This document shows positions 47,023 through 55,740 of a stretch of DNA of 64,000 nt, one piece after another. The notes under the pieces were generated by a model, which saw only the letters and a program-made list of their open reading frames with translations, was not told the DNA's origin and made no database searches. Every line of letters starts with the position of its first letter. The stretch's first letter is position 1. Made by a program: the position numbers and the translations under genes. Source of the DNA: a virus (lineage: Duplodnaviria; Caudoviricetes); IMG/VR virus record IMGVR_UViG_3300014204_000014, positions 1-64,000 of that record; one strand, given 5' to 3'.

Positions 47023-47125
47023 GGCACCATGATGGAAAGGTAGACTTGCCCAGACAGTGGGAAAAGACGAGAATAACTTAAAATAATATCGTCTAAGTGT
47101 AAGGTTCGATTCCTTACTGGTGCCA
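47023..47125 (+). tRNA. Atypical 103-nt tRNA-like element
   Basis: Perfect GGCACCA/TGGTGCC acceptor stem, class-II-type D-loop and T-arm, but no canonical anticodon arm. Confidence 0.5.
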
Positions 47126-47144
47126 GTTATTTAAGGAGGATAAA

Positions 47145-47327
47145 ATGTCAGGTATTATTATTCGTCCAAAATCAGAACTTTATGTAGGAATGATTATTCG
47201 TCATAAAGGCGAAAGGAAAGTAGTAAAAAGATTTTATAGAGCGAGCAACGGTGATTTTATTATTGAATTTGTAGACTTGTCCGTAAGCAAAAATTATTCA
47301 GATATAGAATGGGATGGAAGAAAATGA
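47145..47327 (+). CDS. Hypothetical protein
   Basis: ORF track; AAGGAG RBS. Confidence 0.5.
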   Translation: MSGIIIRPKSELYVGMIIRHKGERKVVKRFYRASNGDFIIEFVDLSVSKNYSDIEWDGRK

Positions 47328-47454
47328 TTATAGTAATTATACTAATACTTATTTTTGGTTCAATTATAATAAGTGCTGAACATAATATTGCTTTACTTTC
47401 CAATCAATTAGAGGAAGTAAAAAAGATTTTAATAAAAATGCATAAGGACAATAG

Positions 47455-48267
47455 TTGAAGTTTATATTACTAATACCTTCCTTTATATTTTTTATCCTCT
47501 TTACTGTATGGCCTTTAATAGAGGTTTTTAGGCTATCTTTTTACAAAATAAATTTTATAACATCTAAATTTATAGGCTTATCTAATTATATAGAATCATT
47601 TACCGATCCTGTTTTTTTAACCTCAATAGCAAACTCATTTTTATATGCTATATTATTAGTATTGGGTGTTGGCGTAAGTGTATTTTTAGCTTTGTATTTA
47701 TATAGAATGAATAGAAAGTGGCAAGATGCTTCGAGGATATTATTATATTTGCCAACCTTATCAGCAGGAATAATAATATCATTAGCTTGGAAATGGATTT
47801 TTCAATCAAATGGAATAATGAACTGGATATTAGGCAAAAATATAAATTGGTTTGGACAATGGCAAACAGCGATCCCTGTAATTGCTTTCACTATTATTTT
47901 TGCTTCATTTGGCTCTAATACAATTATTTTACTTTCAGCAATACAAAACGTAAATAAGGAGTTAATCGAGGCCGCTAAAATTGATGGAGCTTCTTGGTGG
48001 CAAATAGTTACGCATATAATACTTCCTATAATATCTCCAGTTATTTATATGATGGTTATTTCTACTATATTAGGAGCGTTCATGGTGTTTGAGAGCATTT
48101 TTATGTTAGCTCCTTATGATTATACTGCTACAATAACTTATTCAATCTATACTAAGGGCTTTATGTTTAGCAAATATGGATTAGCTGCGGCACAAGCAGT
48201 TATACTATTATTTATTAGCGTTATTTTATTTATAATAAAGCGAAAATTGGAAAAGAAGTATGATTAA
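47455..48267 (+). CDS. Carbohydrate ABC transporter permease (MalF/UgpA-like)
   Basis: About six TM segments; EAA loop ELIEAAKIDGASWWQ; YGLAAA. Confidence 0.92.
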   Translation: MKFILLIPSFIFFILFTVWPLIEVFRLSFYKINFITSKFIGLSNYIESFTDPVFLTSIANSFLYAILLVLGVGVSVFLALYLYRMNRKWQDASRILLYLPTLSAGIIISLAWKWIFQSNGIMNWILGKNINWFGQWQTAIPVIAFTIIFASFGSNTIILLSAIQNVNKELIEAAKIDGASWWQIVTHIILPIISPVIYMMVISTILGAFMVFESIFMLAPYDYTATITYSIYTKGFMFSKYGLAAAQAVILLFISVILFIIKRKLEKKYD

Positions 48268-49015
48268 AATAGAGTGCTCTGATAATTTGCCTTTTATGAA
48301 AAAAATTAAATCAAATACTATTGATTTAATTTATTGCGATATACTTTATGGAACAGGAAAAGATTTTGGTGATTATAAAGATTTAAAGGCAATAAGAAAA
48401 ATAATAAATGAACACTATATTCCTAGAATAAAGGAAATGAATAGATTACTAAAAGAAACAGGGACTATTTATTTGCAAATGGATTTTCATATTAGTCATT
48501 GGATTAGAATGATTTTGGATGATATTTTTGGGTATGATAATTTTATGAATGAAGTAATATGGAGAATAGGGTGGGTAAGCGGATTTAAAGGAAAAGGAAA
48601 ATGTTTTGTGAGGAATCATGATACTATATTGATGTATGTTAAAGATAGAGCTAGTTATAAATTTAATAAATTGATGTTATTAAAAACAGGAAAAATAAGA
48701 GGAACTAATATATTAATTGCTGATAAAGAGTATCCAATAGAAGATACTTGGAATTGTTCAGAACATGATAAACTAGACAGTAATATGATAAAAAGTTTTT
48801 CAAAAGAAAAAGGGTATCCTACTCAAAAACCATTAGAATTAATTGAAAGAATAATAAAAAGCAGTTCTGATGAAAATGATCTGGTAGCAGATTTTTATTT
48901 AGGTTCTGGAACTACTGCGGTTGCTTGTAAGAAATTAAACAGGAATTTTATTGGATGCGATATAAATAAAATGGCGATAGTAATAGCTAAAGAGCGAGTA
49001 AACAAATGCAGCTAG
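48260..49015 (+). CDS. N6-adenine DNA methyltransferase (beta class) with a variant motif IV
   Basis: IYCDILYG, YPTQKP, VADFYLGSGTT. Confidence 0.8.
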   Translation: MIKIECSDNLPFMKKIKSNTIDLIYCDILYGTGKDFGDYKDLKAIRKIINEHYIPRIKEMNRLLKETGTIYLQMDFHISHWIRMILDDIFGYDNFMNEVIWRIGWVSGFKGKGKCFVRNHDTILMYVKDRASYKFNKLMLLKTGKIRGTNILIADKEYPIEDTWNCSEHDKLDSNMIKSFSKEKGYPTQKPLELIERIIKSSSDENDLVADFYLGSGTTAVACKKLNRNFIGCDINKMAIVIAKERVNKCS

Positions 49016-49830
49016 TTAAAAAATTATTTTTAGTTTTGCTATTCATAGTAATGTTTATTCCTGTTTATTTCATGATCATAGGAGGATTCCAAAATATAAC
49101 AGGCATAATGAAAACTCCCCCCAATCTGATCCCTGTTAATCCTACTTTGCGTAATTATGAAATGATTTTATCTTTGCCATTATTGAAATGGTTATATAAT
49201 TCGATTATTGTTACAGTATCTACAGTTATTTTTACTATATTATTAAGTGCTTCAACTGGATATTCCTTTGCTTTTTATAATTGGAAATTCAAGGAACTGT
49301 TATGGGGAATAATGCTAGTAGGATTGATGGTCCCAAGAATATCATTCATCATTCCTACTTTCGTAATAATAAAAAAATTATCATTATCAGGCAGTTTAAT
49401 AGCGGCAATAATTCCTAATATATATAGTTGTGGATCAATATATTTAACTAGGATTTATTTTGAAACCGTTCCTAAATCATTATTGGAGAGCGCGAGATTG
49501 GATGGGGCTAGTGAAGTGCAAGTATTGTGGCATATTGTTATGCCTATGAGTAAGCCTCTCATAACAACGATAGCTTTATTTTCTGCTATTGGGGCATTAG
49601 GCGATTATCTGTGGCAAATGTTAATTTTACAAAGAGAAGAAAATCAGACTTTAATTGTAGGCATGATTATGTCAGTAATAAAATTAGGTAATAATACAAT
49701 TCAAGGAGGAATAAATCCATTTGGTATGCAATTAGCAGTAGGTACGGTTTTACTTTTACCACTATTGATTATTTTTCTTTTGGCAAACAAACATTTCACG
49801 CAAAACATCGGAGGAGCAATCAAAGAATGA
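49006..49830 (+). CDS. Carbohydrate ABC transporter permease (MalG/UgpE-like)
   Basis: PTLRNY..NS, EAA loop SLLESARLDGASEVQV..MPMSKP, FTQNIGGAIKE. Confidence 0.92.
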   Translation: MQLVKKLFLVLLFIVMFIPVYFMIIGGFQNITGIMKTPPNLIPVNPTLRNYEMILSLPLLKWLYNSIIVTVSTVIFTILLSASTGYSFAFYNWKFKELLWGIMLVGLMVPRISFIIPTFVIIKKLSLSGSLIAAIIPNIYSCGSIYLTRIYFETVPKSLLESARLDGASEVQVLWHIVMPMSKPLITTIALFSAIGALGDYLWQMLILQREENQTLIVGMIMSVIKLGNNTIQGGINPFGMQLAVGTVLLLPLLIIFLLANKHFTQNIGGAIKE

Positions 49831-50018
49831 AAACAAAAATATATTTTGCTAATTACTATGATAGAAAATATAATTGGCAGTTTACTTTATTGCCAGACAT
49901 TACGATTGAAAATTGGAATTATGGGAGTGAATATAAAGAAGATAATAATTTATTTTTCATTACTATTAGCTGGTTATTTTGGGATATAGTATTTGGCAGA
50001 GGAAATAATATAGAATGA
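49827..50018 (+). CDS. Hypothetical protein
   Basis: ORF track; ATGA coupling. Confidence 0.45.
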   Translation: MKTKIYFANYYDRKYNWQFTLLPDITIENWNYGSEYKEDNNLFFITISWLFWDIVFGRGNNIE

Positions 50019-50350
50019 ATACAAAACCTTTAGAAGTTGGGGAAAGAATCGCTGCTATATTGAAATTAAATGTTATGAATAAAAAGTGCTATTTTTTAGG
50101 CTATGGGGTATATGAAGGAAAGGATATAGTACCAGAAAATACTTCAGGCAAGCGAAGTAAAAAGTTTATTAGGTTTCATATCCCTTGCTGTAAACTTTGT
50201 ATGGATGATGGCAATATATACTATGATTTTCAATGCTGGTTTATGTCAGAGGAAAGATTTAAGGAGGTTTTTATTAAAGACTGTTATAAGGAAGGATGGA
50301 AAGTGGTAGAGGTAGATTTGAAAGGGAGAAGAAAAGATGCCCCAGTCTAA
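50015..50350 (+). CDS. Hypothetical protein
   Basis: ORF track; ATGA coupling. Confidence 0.5.
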   Translation: MNTKPLEVGERIAAILKLNVMNKKCYFLGYGVYEGKDIVPENTSGKRSKKFIRFHIPCCKLCMDDGNIYYDFQCWFMSEERFKEVFIKDCYKEGWKVVEVDLKGRRKDAPV

Positions 50351-50579
50351 TAAACCTTTTGATAAAAAACTATTTCTTTTTAAACTAAAAGAGTATGTGA
50401 ATAATTTGAATGATAAAGCATTAATTGATGGGAATGTAAATATAACTTATAGTTTTGAAGATAGAGCAGATGAATGTGGATTTATTATTTCAGAGCCTAC
50501 TGGATGGGTAGACTGTGAAATAAAATTAACCATTGACACTACAAAAATAAAAAAGGAAAGTAAAAATGTTAGAAACTAA
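50337..50579 (+). CDS. Hypothetical protein
   Basis: ORF track. Confidence 0.45.
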   Translation: MPQSNKPFDKKLFLFKLKEYVNNLNDKALIDGNVNITYSFEDRADECGFIISEPTGWVDCEIKLTIDTTKIKKESKNVRN

Positions 50580-51453
50580 AAAGCCATTTGTTTTAGCACT
50601 TATCACTGCGCGTGGTGGATCAATTCGTTTACCTAGAAAAAATGCCTTAGATTTTCTCGGACATCCTTTGGTTGCCTGGAGCATTATTCAAGCGCGATGC
50701 TCACGGCTCGTGGACCTCACGGTTTTAACGACCGATGACGATGAGCTGGCTGATATAGGTAGACGGTATGGAGCAAAAGTAATTCGTCGTCCTGTTATGG
50801 ATAATGATACTACTGCTGGTGTTCCTTTTAGAATGGCTGTTGAAGAATTAGAAAAAGAAGGTATTTTTGCTGATGAAATAATTTCAATCCTTCCTACTAG
50901 TCCACTAAAAAAAGTTTCTGATATAGATGATTTAATTAATGCATTTCATTTAGTAAATCAATTTGAAGATTGTACAGATATGGGTATCTATTGCCCAGAA
51001 AGAGAATGCTTTGTATATGAAAATTTATCAGATATGACTGCTACTTATGGAAAGCCTTATTATGTTAAATTAAAATTAGCTGATAAGTCTTGGAGATATT
51101 CAGAATTAGGTGGTGGCTGGGGTATAGCAAAAAAAGATTGGCTGATGAATACTTGGAAGAGTAATCCAGTTTCTGATACTGTTATTGATGATAGTTTAGC
51201 TGATTATATTCCTAATAATCAAAAACTTTTAGGGTATGCTATTGAGCCGTGGCAATGTTTTGAAACTGATTACGCAAGTTATTTTAGAATATGTGAAGCT
51301 CTTATGGATGAATTTATTTTGCATGGTCAAGGAATGGAAGTATATACAAGATACGCTAGGGAGTTTAGGCGAATAGTTACATGGGAAGAAAAAACTGAGC
51401 AACCAGAACTTTTAGATGTATCAAAATGCATTGGTAATTTAAATCAATTATAA
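50566..51453 (+). CDS. Acylneuraminate cytidylyltransferase family (NeuA/PseF-like CMP-nonulosonate synthetase)
   Basis: ITARGGSIRLPRKN, HPLVAWSI, VLTTDD, IRRP, LPTSPLK. Confidence 0.85.
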   Translation: MLETKKPFVLALITARGGSIRLPRKNALDFLGHPLVAWSIIQARCSRLVDLTVLTTDDDELADIGRRYGAKVIRRPVMDNDTTAGVPFRMAVEELEKEGIFADEIISILPTSPLKKVSDIDDLINAFHLVNQFEDCTDMGIYCPERECFVYENLSDMTATYGKPYYVKLKLADKSWRYSELGGGWGIAKKDWLMNTWKSNPVSDTVIDDSLADYIPNNQKLLGYAIEPWQCFETDYASYFRICEALMDEFILHGQGMEVYTRYAREFRRIVTWEEKTEQPELLDVSKCIGNLNQL

Positions 51454-51462
51454 GGAATAAAT

Positions 51463-52944
51463 ATGTCAGAAAAAGAATTAGGCGGAGTAAAAGAATGGGC
51501 GGAAGGGAATCCTGAATTAAATACTGAATCTAAGATTAATTGCGATTCGGCAAAATATAATGCCGGTACTAAGCAGATGCAGTTGATTCATGAGATATTA
51601 AATAGTGCTATGAATTGGAAGCCTATAGTGGATAGAATAAAATCAGGTAAGGCTAGAGATATTTCCGAGGAGCCAAAAGTAATAGAAAATAAAACTTGCT
51701 TTATTATTGGCTCTGGGCCATCGCTTGACGATTCTATTGAATATCTAAAAGAATGGAAGGGCGGAATAATCTGTTCAACTTCTCATGCTTTGACATTAAT
51801 GCACTATGGAATTGAGCCTACACATATTTTAATGCTTGATCCATTTTGTTGCTGGGATGAAATAAAAGGAGTTGACTGGAGTAAGACTAGAACAAAGTTA
51901 ATTGCCCATCCTGGCTGCTATCCTGATATTATAGAGAATTGGCCTAATGAGATTTTATTATACTTGCAGAATAGTGGGCGAGTTGGAGCTTTTTATCAAG
52001 ATGAACAGATGAAAATGTATACATGGCGCGATGGAGATTTTAGGCGAAGCACTTTTCATTTTTATATTCGTACTAATATAACTATTTTTGCTTGCTCTCC
52101 TCCTATGCAATTATTCGTAGGCGAAATGTTAGGTTATGATACTTTCTTTTTAGCAGGATGTGATTTTGCTTTCCATTCAGATAAAGATCGTTTTACTGAA
52201 TATACTATAAATAAAAAACTGAATGAATTTAATTGTTACAATGATAATTTAACCGAAGAAGATTGGGAAAAGCATGAGCACATATTCGATCCTAATCAGA
52301 AGGACTTAGTAAAAACTAATAATGGATTGTGGACTAAGGAAATTCATATTTACTATAAAAAGAATTTCCTTTCAGCATGGCGCTTATGCGAAAAAACAGT
52401 TTATACTACTGATCATGGCGCAATGACTGAAATTCCCTATCACGATATAAAGGCAGTAATAAAAAAGCAGGGTGATTTCCCTAAGCAAAGTAAATTCTTT
52501 ATTGAGGATACTACAGAAAGATATTTAGAGGGAGTAGGATTATTTATTATTGAAACGAATATGGGCAAGGCTTTTGTGGAATCATATAAGCCTGAATCTG
52601 AATTGCCTATTTATATGAAAGAGACAATGAGGAGATATGTTTGCGATACTTGTGGATCAAAAATGACTTCTAATAATTATGTTTATAGATTAAAATGGAA
52701 GGAAAAATTAGAAGATAAAGTTGAAGATTTTTCTAACCAAGAAGCTTTGCTGAGTAGATATACTGAATTGAAGTTGAATAAAAATATTATAGGTACTATT
52801 GAGATAATGGATGTATCTAATTTATTCCATGATGATGAAGAATGCCCTGCTTGCAAAAAAGGTAAGGTGCATAGGGAAGTAATTGTGGATATTGAGGCTA
52901 ATATGAAACGGATTATGGAACGAATGCCGAAGAAGACTGTATGA
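51463..52944 (+). CDS. Maf / DUF115 (MAF_flag10, MptE-like) family protein; putative nonulosonate glycosyltransferase with a C-terminal zinc ribbon
   Basis: FIIGSGPSLD..IEPTHILMLDP, FLAGCDFAF; CDTC and CPAC. Confidence 0.75.
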   Translation: MSEKELGGVKEWAEGNPELNTESKINCDSAKYNAGTKQMQLIHEILNSAMNWKPIVDRIKSGKARDISEEPKVIENKTCFIIGSGPSLDDSIEYLKEWKGGIICSTSHALTLMHYGIEPTHILMLDPFCCWDEIKGVDWSKTRTKLIAHPGCYPDIIENWPNEILLYLQNSGRVGAFYQDEQMKMYTWRDGDFRRSTFHFYIRTNITIFACSPPMQLFVGEMLGYDTFFLAGCDFAFHSDKDRFTEYTINKKLNEFNCYNDNLTEEDWEKHEHIFDPNQKDLVKTNNGLWTKEIHIYYKKNFLSAWRLCEKTVYTTDHGAMTEIPYHDIKAVIKKQGDFPKQSKFFIEDTTERYLEGVGLFIIETNMGKAFVESYKPESELPIYMKETMRRYVCDTCGSKMTSNNYVYRLKWKEKLEDKVEDFSNQEALLSRYTELKLNKNIIGTIEIMDVSNLFHDDEECPACKKGKVHREVIVDIEANMKRIMERMPKKTV

Positions 52945-53765
52945 GAAAAGAAGATTTTGATTTTTCAGATATAGACAATAGATTTGTTAATGAAAATATC
53001 GGTTTAATAAAATATGCTTTAAAAGATTTTTATTGGGTAAAGGATTGGGAAGATGTTTTTCAGGAAGCTTGCATTTGGCTACTCATGGCAAAAAAGAAAT
53101 TTGATAATAGAAAATCAGCATGGGTAACTTATGCGAGCAAGTTTATTTTATGGCAATATCATATTTATAGAGGGCGAGATAAAGCGCAATATCGTTCTCC
53201 TGAAAAGGCAGGATTTACAGTTTCTAGTTTAGATAAAATATCTGAGACTAGAGATATTGGCTATAAAGATACATTTGAAGATGACTTGGAAATAAAAATG
53301 TTTAATGAATCTATAATCGATATGATTCCAGAAAAGCGTACTAAGGAAATTATTAGGTTAGCTTTATTGGGATATAATCAGCCGCAGATAGCAAAGAAAT
53401 TTGGCATATCCCATCAAAGGATTCAGCAGATTTATAAAACAGAATTAGATAAACTAAAAAAGGAGATAGACTCAATGAAGAAAATGCTAGTATATATTTC
53501 AGGGCCGATGAGAGGAAAATTAGACTTAAACAAAGCAGCCTTTGAACAAGCAGAGAATTATATAATTAGCCTTGGCCATACTCCAGTGAATCCACATAAT
53601 CTAACTAAAGATTTAATTAATCCTTCTGTTGAAGAATGCTTAAAGGTAGATATAAAAAATCTTTTATCGTGTGATGCTATACATATGCTTGATGGATGGA
53701 AAGGTTCAAAAGGCGCGAAGCTTGAATATGATATAGCAAAAGCGATTGGCTTAAAAGTGATATGA
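52941..53765 (+). CDS. Sigma-70 family factor fused in frame to a DUF4406 (deoxyribosyltransferase-fold) domain
   Basis: EDVFQEACIW..KFDNRKSAWVTY; HTH QPQIAKKFGISHQRIQQ; VYISGPM..SKGAKLE. Confidence 0.75.
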   Translation: MRKEDFDFSDIDNRFVNENIGLIKYALKDFYWVKDWEDVFQEACIWLLMAKKKFDNRKSAWVTYASKFILWQYHIYRGRDKAQYRSPEKAGFTVSSLDKISETRDIGYKDTFEDDLEIKMFNESIIDMIPEKRTKEIIRLALLGYNQPQIAKKFGISHQRIQQIYKTELDKLKKEIDSMKKMLVYISGPMRGKLDLNKAAFEQAENYIISLGHTPVNPHNLTKDLINPSVEECLKVDIKNLLSCDAIHMLDGWKGSKGAKLEYDIAKAIGLKVI

Positions 53766-53995
53766 AGAATTTAGTTATTCAGGTAACGGAAAATCCTGAT
53801 TCCTCTGTACAAATAAAAGTATATGAGGAAGCAAAGGATGAATCTACAGAAAATGAATTTAATACTTGTGAAGATATAATTGAAATGATAAATTATTATG
53901 TTTATGGGGATGAGATGGATAAAACTGTAGAAGAAATAGTTAAGAATATGAAAGATCAGAATAAGGAGCAAAATAATGGTGAAAGTCCAGTGTGA
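53762..53995 (+). CDS. Hypothetical protein
   Basis: ORF track. Confidence 0.45.
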   Translation: MKNLVIQVTENPDSSVQIKVYEEAKDESTENEFNTCEDIIEMINYYVYGDEMDKTVEEIVKNMKDQNKEQNNGESPV

Positions 53996-54200
53996 ATATA
54001 TAATAATTGATGGTGGAATAAAAAGTATGGATGCTATAAGAATAGATGATCCTTCAAGTACGGGATTTGAAAAGGCTACCGCTAATTATATTTTAGCATT
54101 ATTCAAGGAAGCTAGTAAGACAATAAAAACTCCCAAAAATGAAGTGGATGATATACTAAAAAATATAGGTACAAATCCTGATGCTAACCAACAAAATTAA
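53976..54200 (+). CDS. Hypothetical protein
   Basis: ORF track. Confidence 0.45.
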   Translation: MVKVQCEYIIIDGGIKSMDAIRIDDPSSTGFEKATANYILALFKEASKTIKTPKNEVDDILKNIGTNPDANQQN

Positions 54201-54690
54201 AGCAGCACTATTTGATTATTATACTTTTCAGCGAGGAAGCGAATTAGTTTGCACTGAATTATGGGACGGATTTAATATAGCAGATATGATCGTATTAAAG
54301 AAAAAGGTAATAACAGAAATAGAAATAAAAGTTACCTATGCTGACTTGAAAAATGAATTAAATAAAATTAAAACCCGTTATGATATTGAACAGAAATATA
54401 TAAATTATACAAAGCATGATATTATTGCCAACCCTAATTATCCATTCCCTAATAAATTCTATTTTTGCGTCCCTACGGAATTAATAGAAAAAGCTTTACA
54501 TTTTGCAAACAAATTGAATCCTTTATATGGTGTTATTGAATTCACTAATAAAAGAATTAAGCATTCAATTAAGATTATTAAGCCAGCAAAAATGCTCCAT
54601 AAGGTAGATAATTCTATAAATTACTCTCATAGAATGGCGGATAGAATGTGTGATGATTTAGCTAGAAAATATTTTCTACTTTATTTTTAA
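54181..54690 (+). CDS. PD-(D/E)xK nuclease-fold protein (MmcB-like)
   Basis: IAD-x9-EIEIKVTYADL..NKFYF. Confidence 0.6.
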   Translation: MLTNKIKAALFDYYTFQRGSELVCTELWDGFNIADMIVLKKKVITEIEIKVTYADLKNELNKIKTRYDIEQKYINYTKHDIIANPNYPFPNKFYFCVPTELIEKALHFANKLNPLYGVIEFTNKRIKHSIKIIKPAKMLHKVDNSINYSHRMADRMCDDLARKYFLLYF

Positions 54691-54708
54691 CGAAAAATAT
54701 TATATAAT
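54678..54708 (+). promoter_or_regulatory. Class-2 promoter motif (packaging genes)
   Basis: ACTTTAT-N18-TATAAT. Confidence 0.65.
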
Positions 54709-54715
54709 ATATAGT

Positions 54716-55270
54716 ATGAAAACAGTAAAAACGTCTGCTAAGAAAACCAATAAAAAAACTTTAACAAAGCCTACAATGAAAAGTCCTGAAAAGGAAGATC
54801 GAAGGGGGAATCCAAAATATGCTCCTTGGATGGATAATGTGGCAAAAGCCCTAGCTAAAGAAGGTAGAAAAGATTTATACATATATAAAGTATTGGGAAT
54901 ATCAGAAGCAACAGGAATTAGTTATAAGAAGAAATATCCTAGTTTTCTTAAAGCATTGAACGATGGTTTTGCAGAGCCAATAAAAATAGCAGAGAATAAC
55001 TTGTTTAAATTAGTAAAAGGTTATTCAGAACCAAATCGTGAAAAGTTATTTGTAGTTAGTGATGGGGCTAAAAATGGGGCTCATGTTGAAAGAGTAAAAG
55101 TAGTTGAACATTTTGAACCTAATCTTAGAGCGATAGAATACTTTTTAAATAATAAAAAGCCTAGAAAGAAATATCCTGAGGATGGATATGGTGAAATGAT
55201 TGAAGTAAATGGATCTATGAATTACAAAATAATTCCTGATAATGAACTAGAGGAAAAAGATGATCAATAG
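54716..55270 (+). CDS. Putative terminase small subunit (HTH)
   Basis: LGISEATG..KKYPSFLKAL..AIEYFLNNK; upstream of TerL, after a class-2 promoter. Confidence 0.7.
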   Translation: MKTVKTSAKKTNKKTLTKPTMKSPEKEDRRGNPKYAPWMDNVAKALAKEGRKDLYIYKVLGISEATGISYKKKYPSFLKALNDGFAEPIKIAENNLFKLVKGYSEPNREKLFVVSDGAKNGAHVERVKVVEHFEPNLRAIEYFLNNKKPRKKYPEDGYGEMIEVNGSMNYKIIPDNELEEKDDQ

Positions 55271-55505
55271 CATAAAAACTAAAATGGAAATGGAAACTGA
55301 TGAAGTAGTTTCTGTTACTTGTGATGTATGTAAAAAAGTTTATTCTAGTGATGATATATTTGAGACTCAGGAATTTACTTATATAAGGAATGATTGTGGA
55401 TATGGGTCTGTATTTGGAGACGGTGATACAATAAGTCTAGATATTTGTCAGCATTGCTTGAAAGAAATTTTAGGAAAATATATTCGAACAAAAGAAGGAG
55501 AATGA
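55260..55505 (+). CDS. Small Cys-rich hypothetical protein
   Basis: CDVC ... DICQHC. Confidence 0.55.
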   Translation: MINSIKTKMEMETDEVVSVTCDVCKKVYSSDDIFETQEFTYIRNDCGYGSVFGDGDTISLDICQHCLKEILGKYIRTKEGE

Positions 55506-55508
55506 GGG

Positions 55509-55739
55509 ATGAATACACTGCAAAAAATAGTTTATCACGATGATGATGATTGTGGTTGTAGATTAGAGGTTCAATTTTTTGATGATAAAATTTATTTTAG
55601 TAGTTGGTTAGGTAAATTAAATAGCGTATTTAAATTTAAACTAGATGCTGTGCAGGCGCGAAGCCTTGCTGAAGATATATTAGAAATAATTCCCGATCCA
55701 GCTATATTAGAAGATAATTTAGCAGCAATACAAGGATAA
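55509..55739 (+). CDS. Hypothetical protein
   Basis: ORF track. Confidence 0.45.
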   Translation: MNTLQKIVYHDDDDCGCRLEVQFFDDKIYFSSWLGKLNSVFKFKLDAVQARSLAEDILEIIPDPAILEDNLAAIQG

Positions 55740-55740
55740 A

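Noticed and set aside
45399-49830. Host contamination or chimeric contig as the source of the ABC genes
   Set aside because: The genes overlap and alternate with phage-type ORFs and tRNAs and have similarly low GC. Read mapping would still be needed to exclude it fully.
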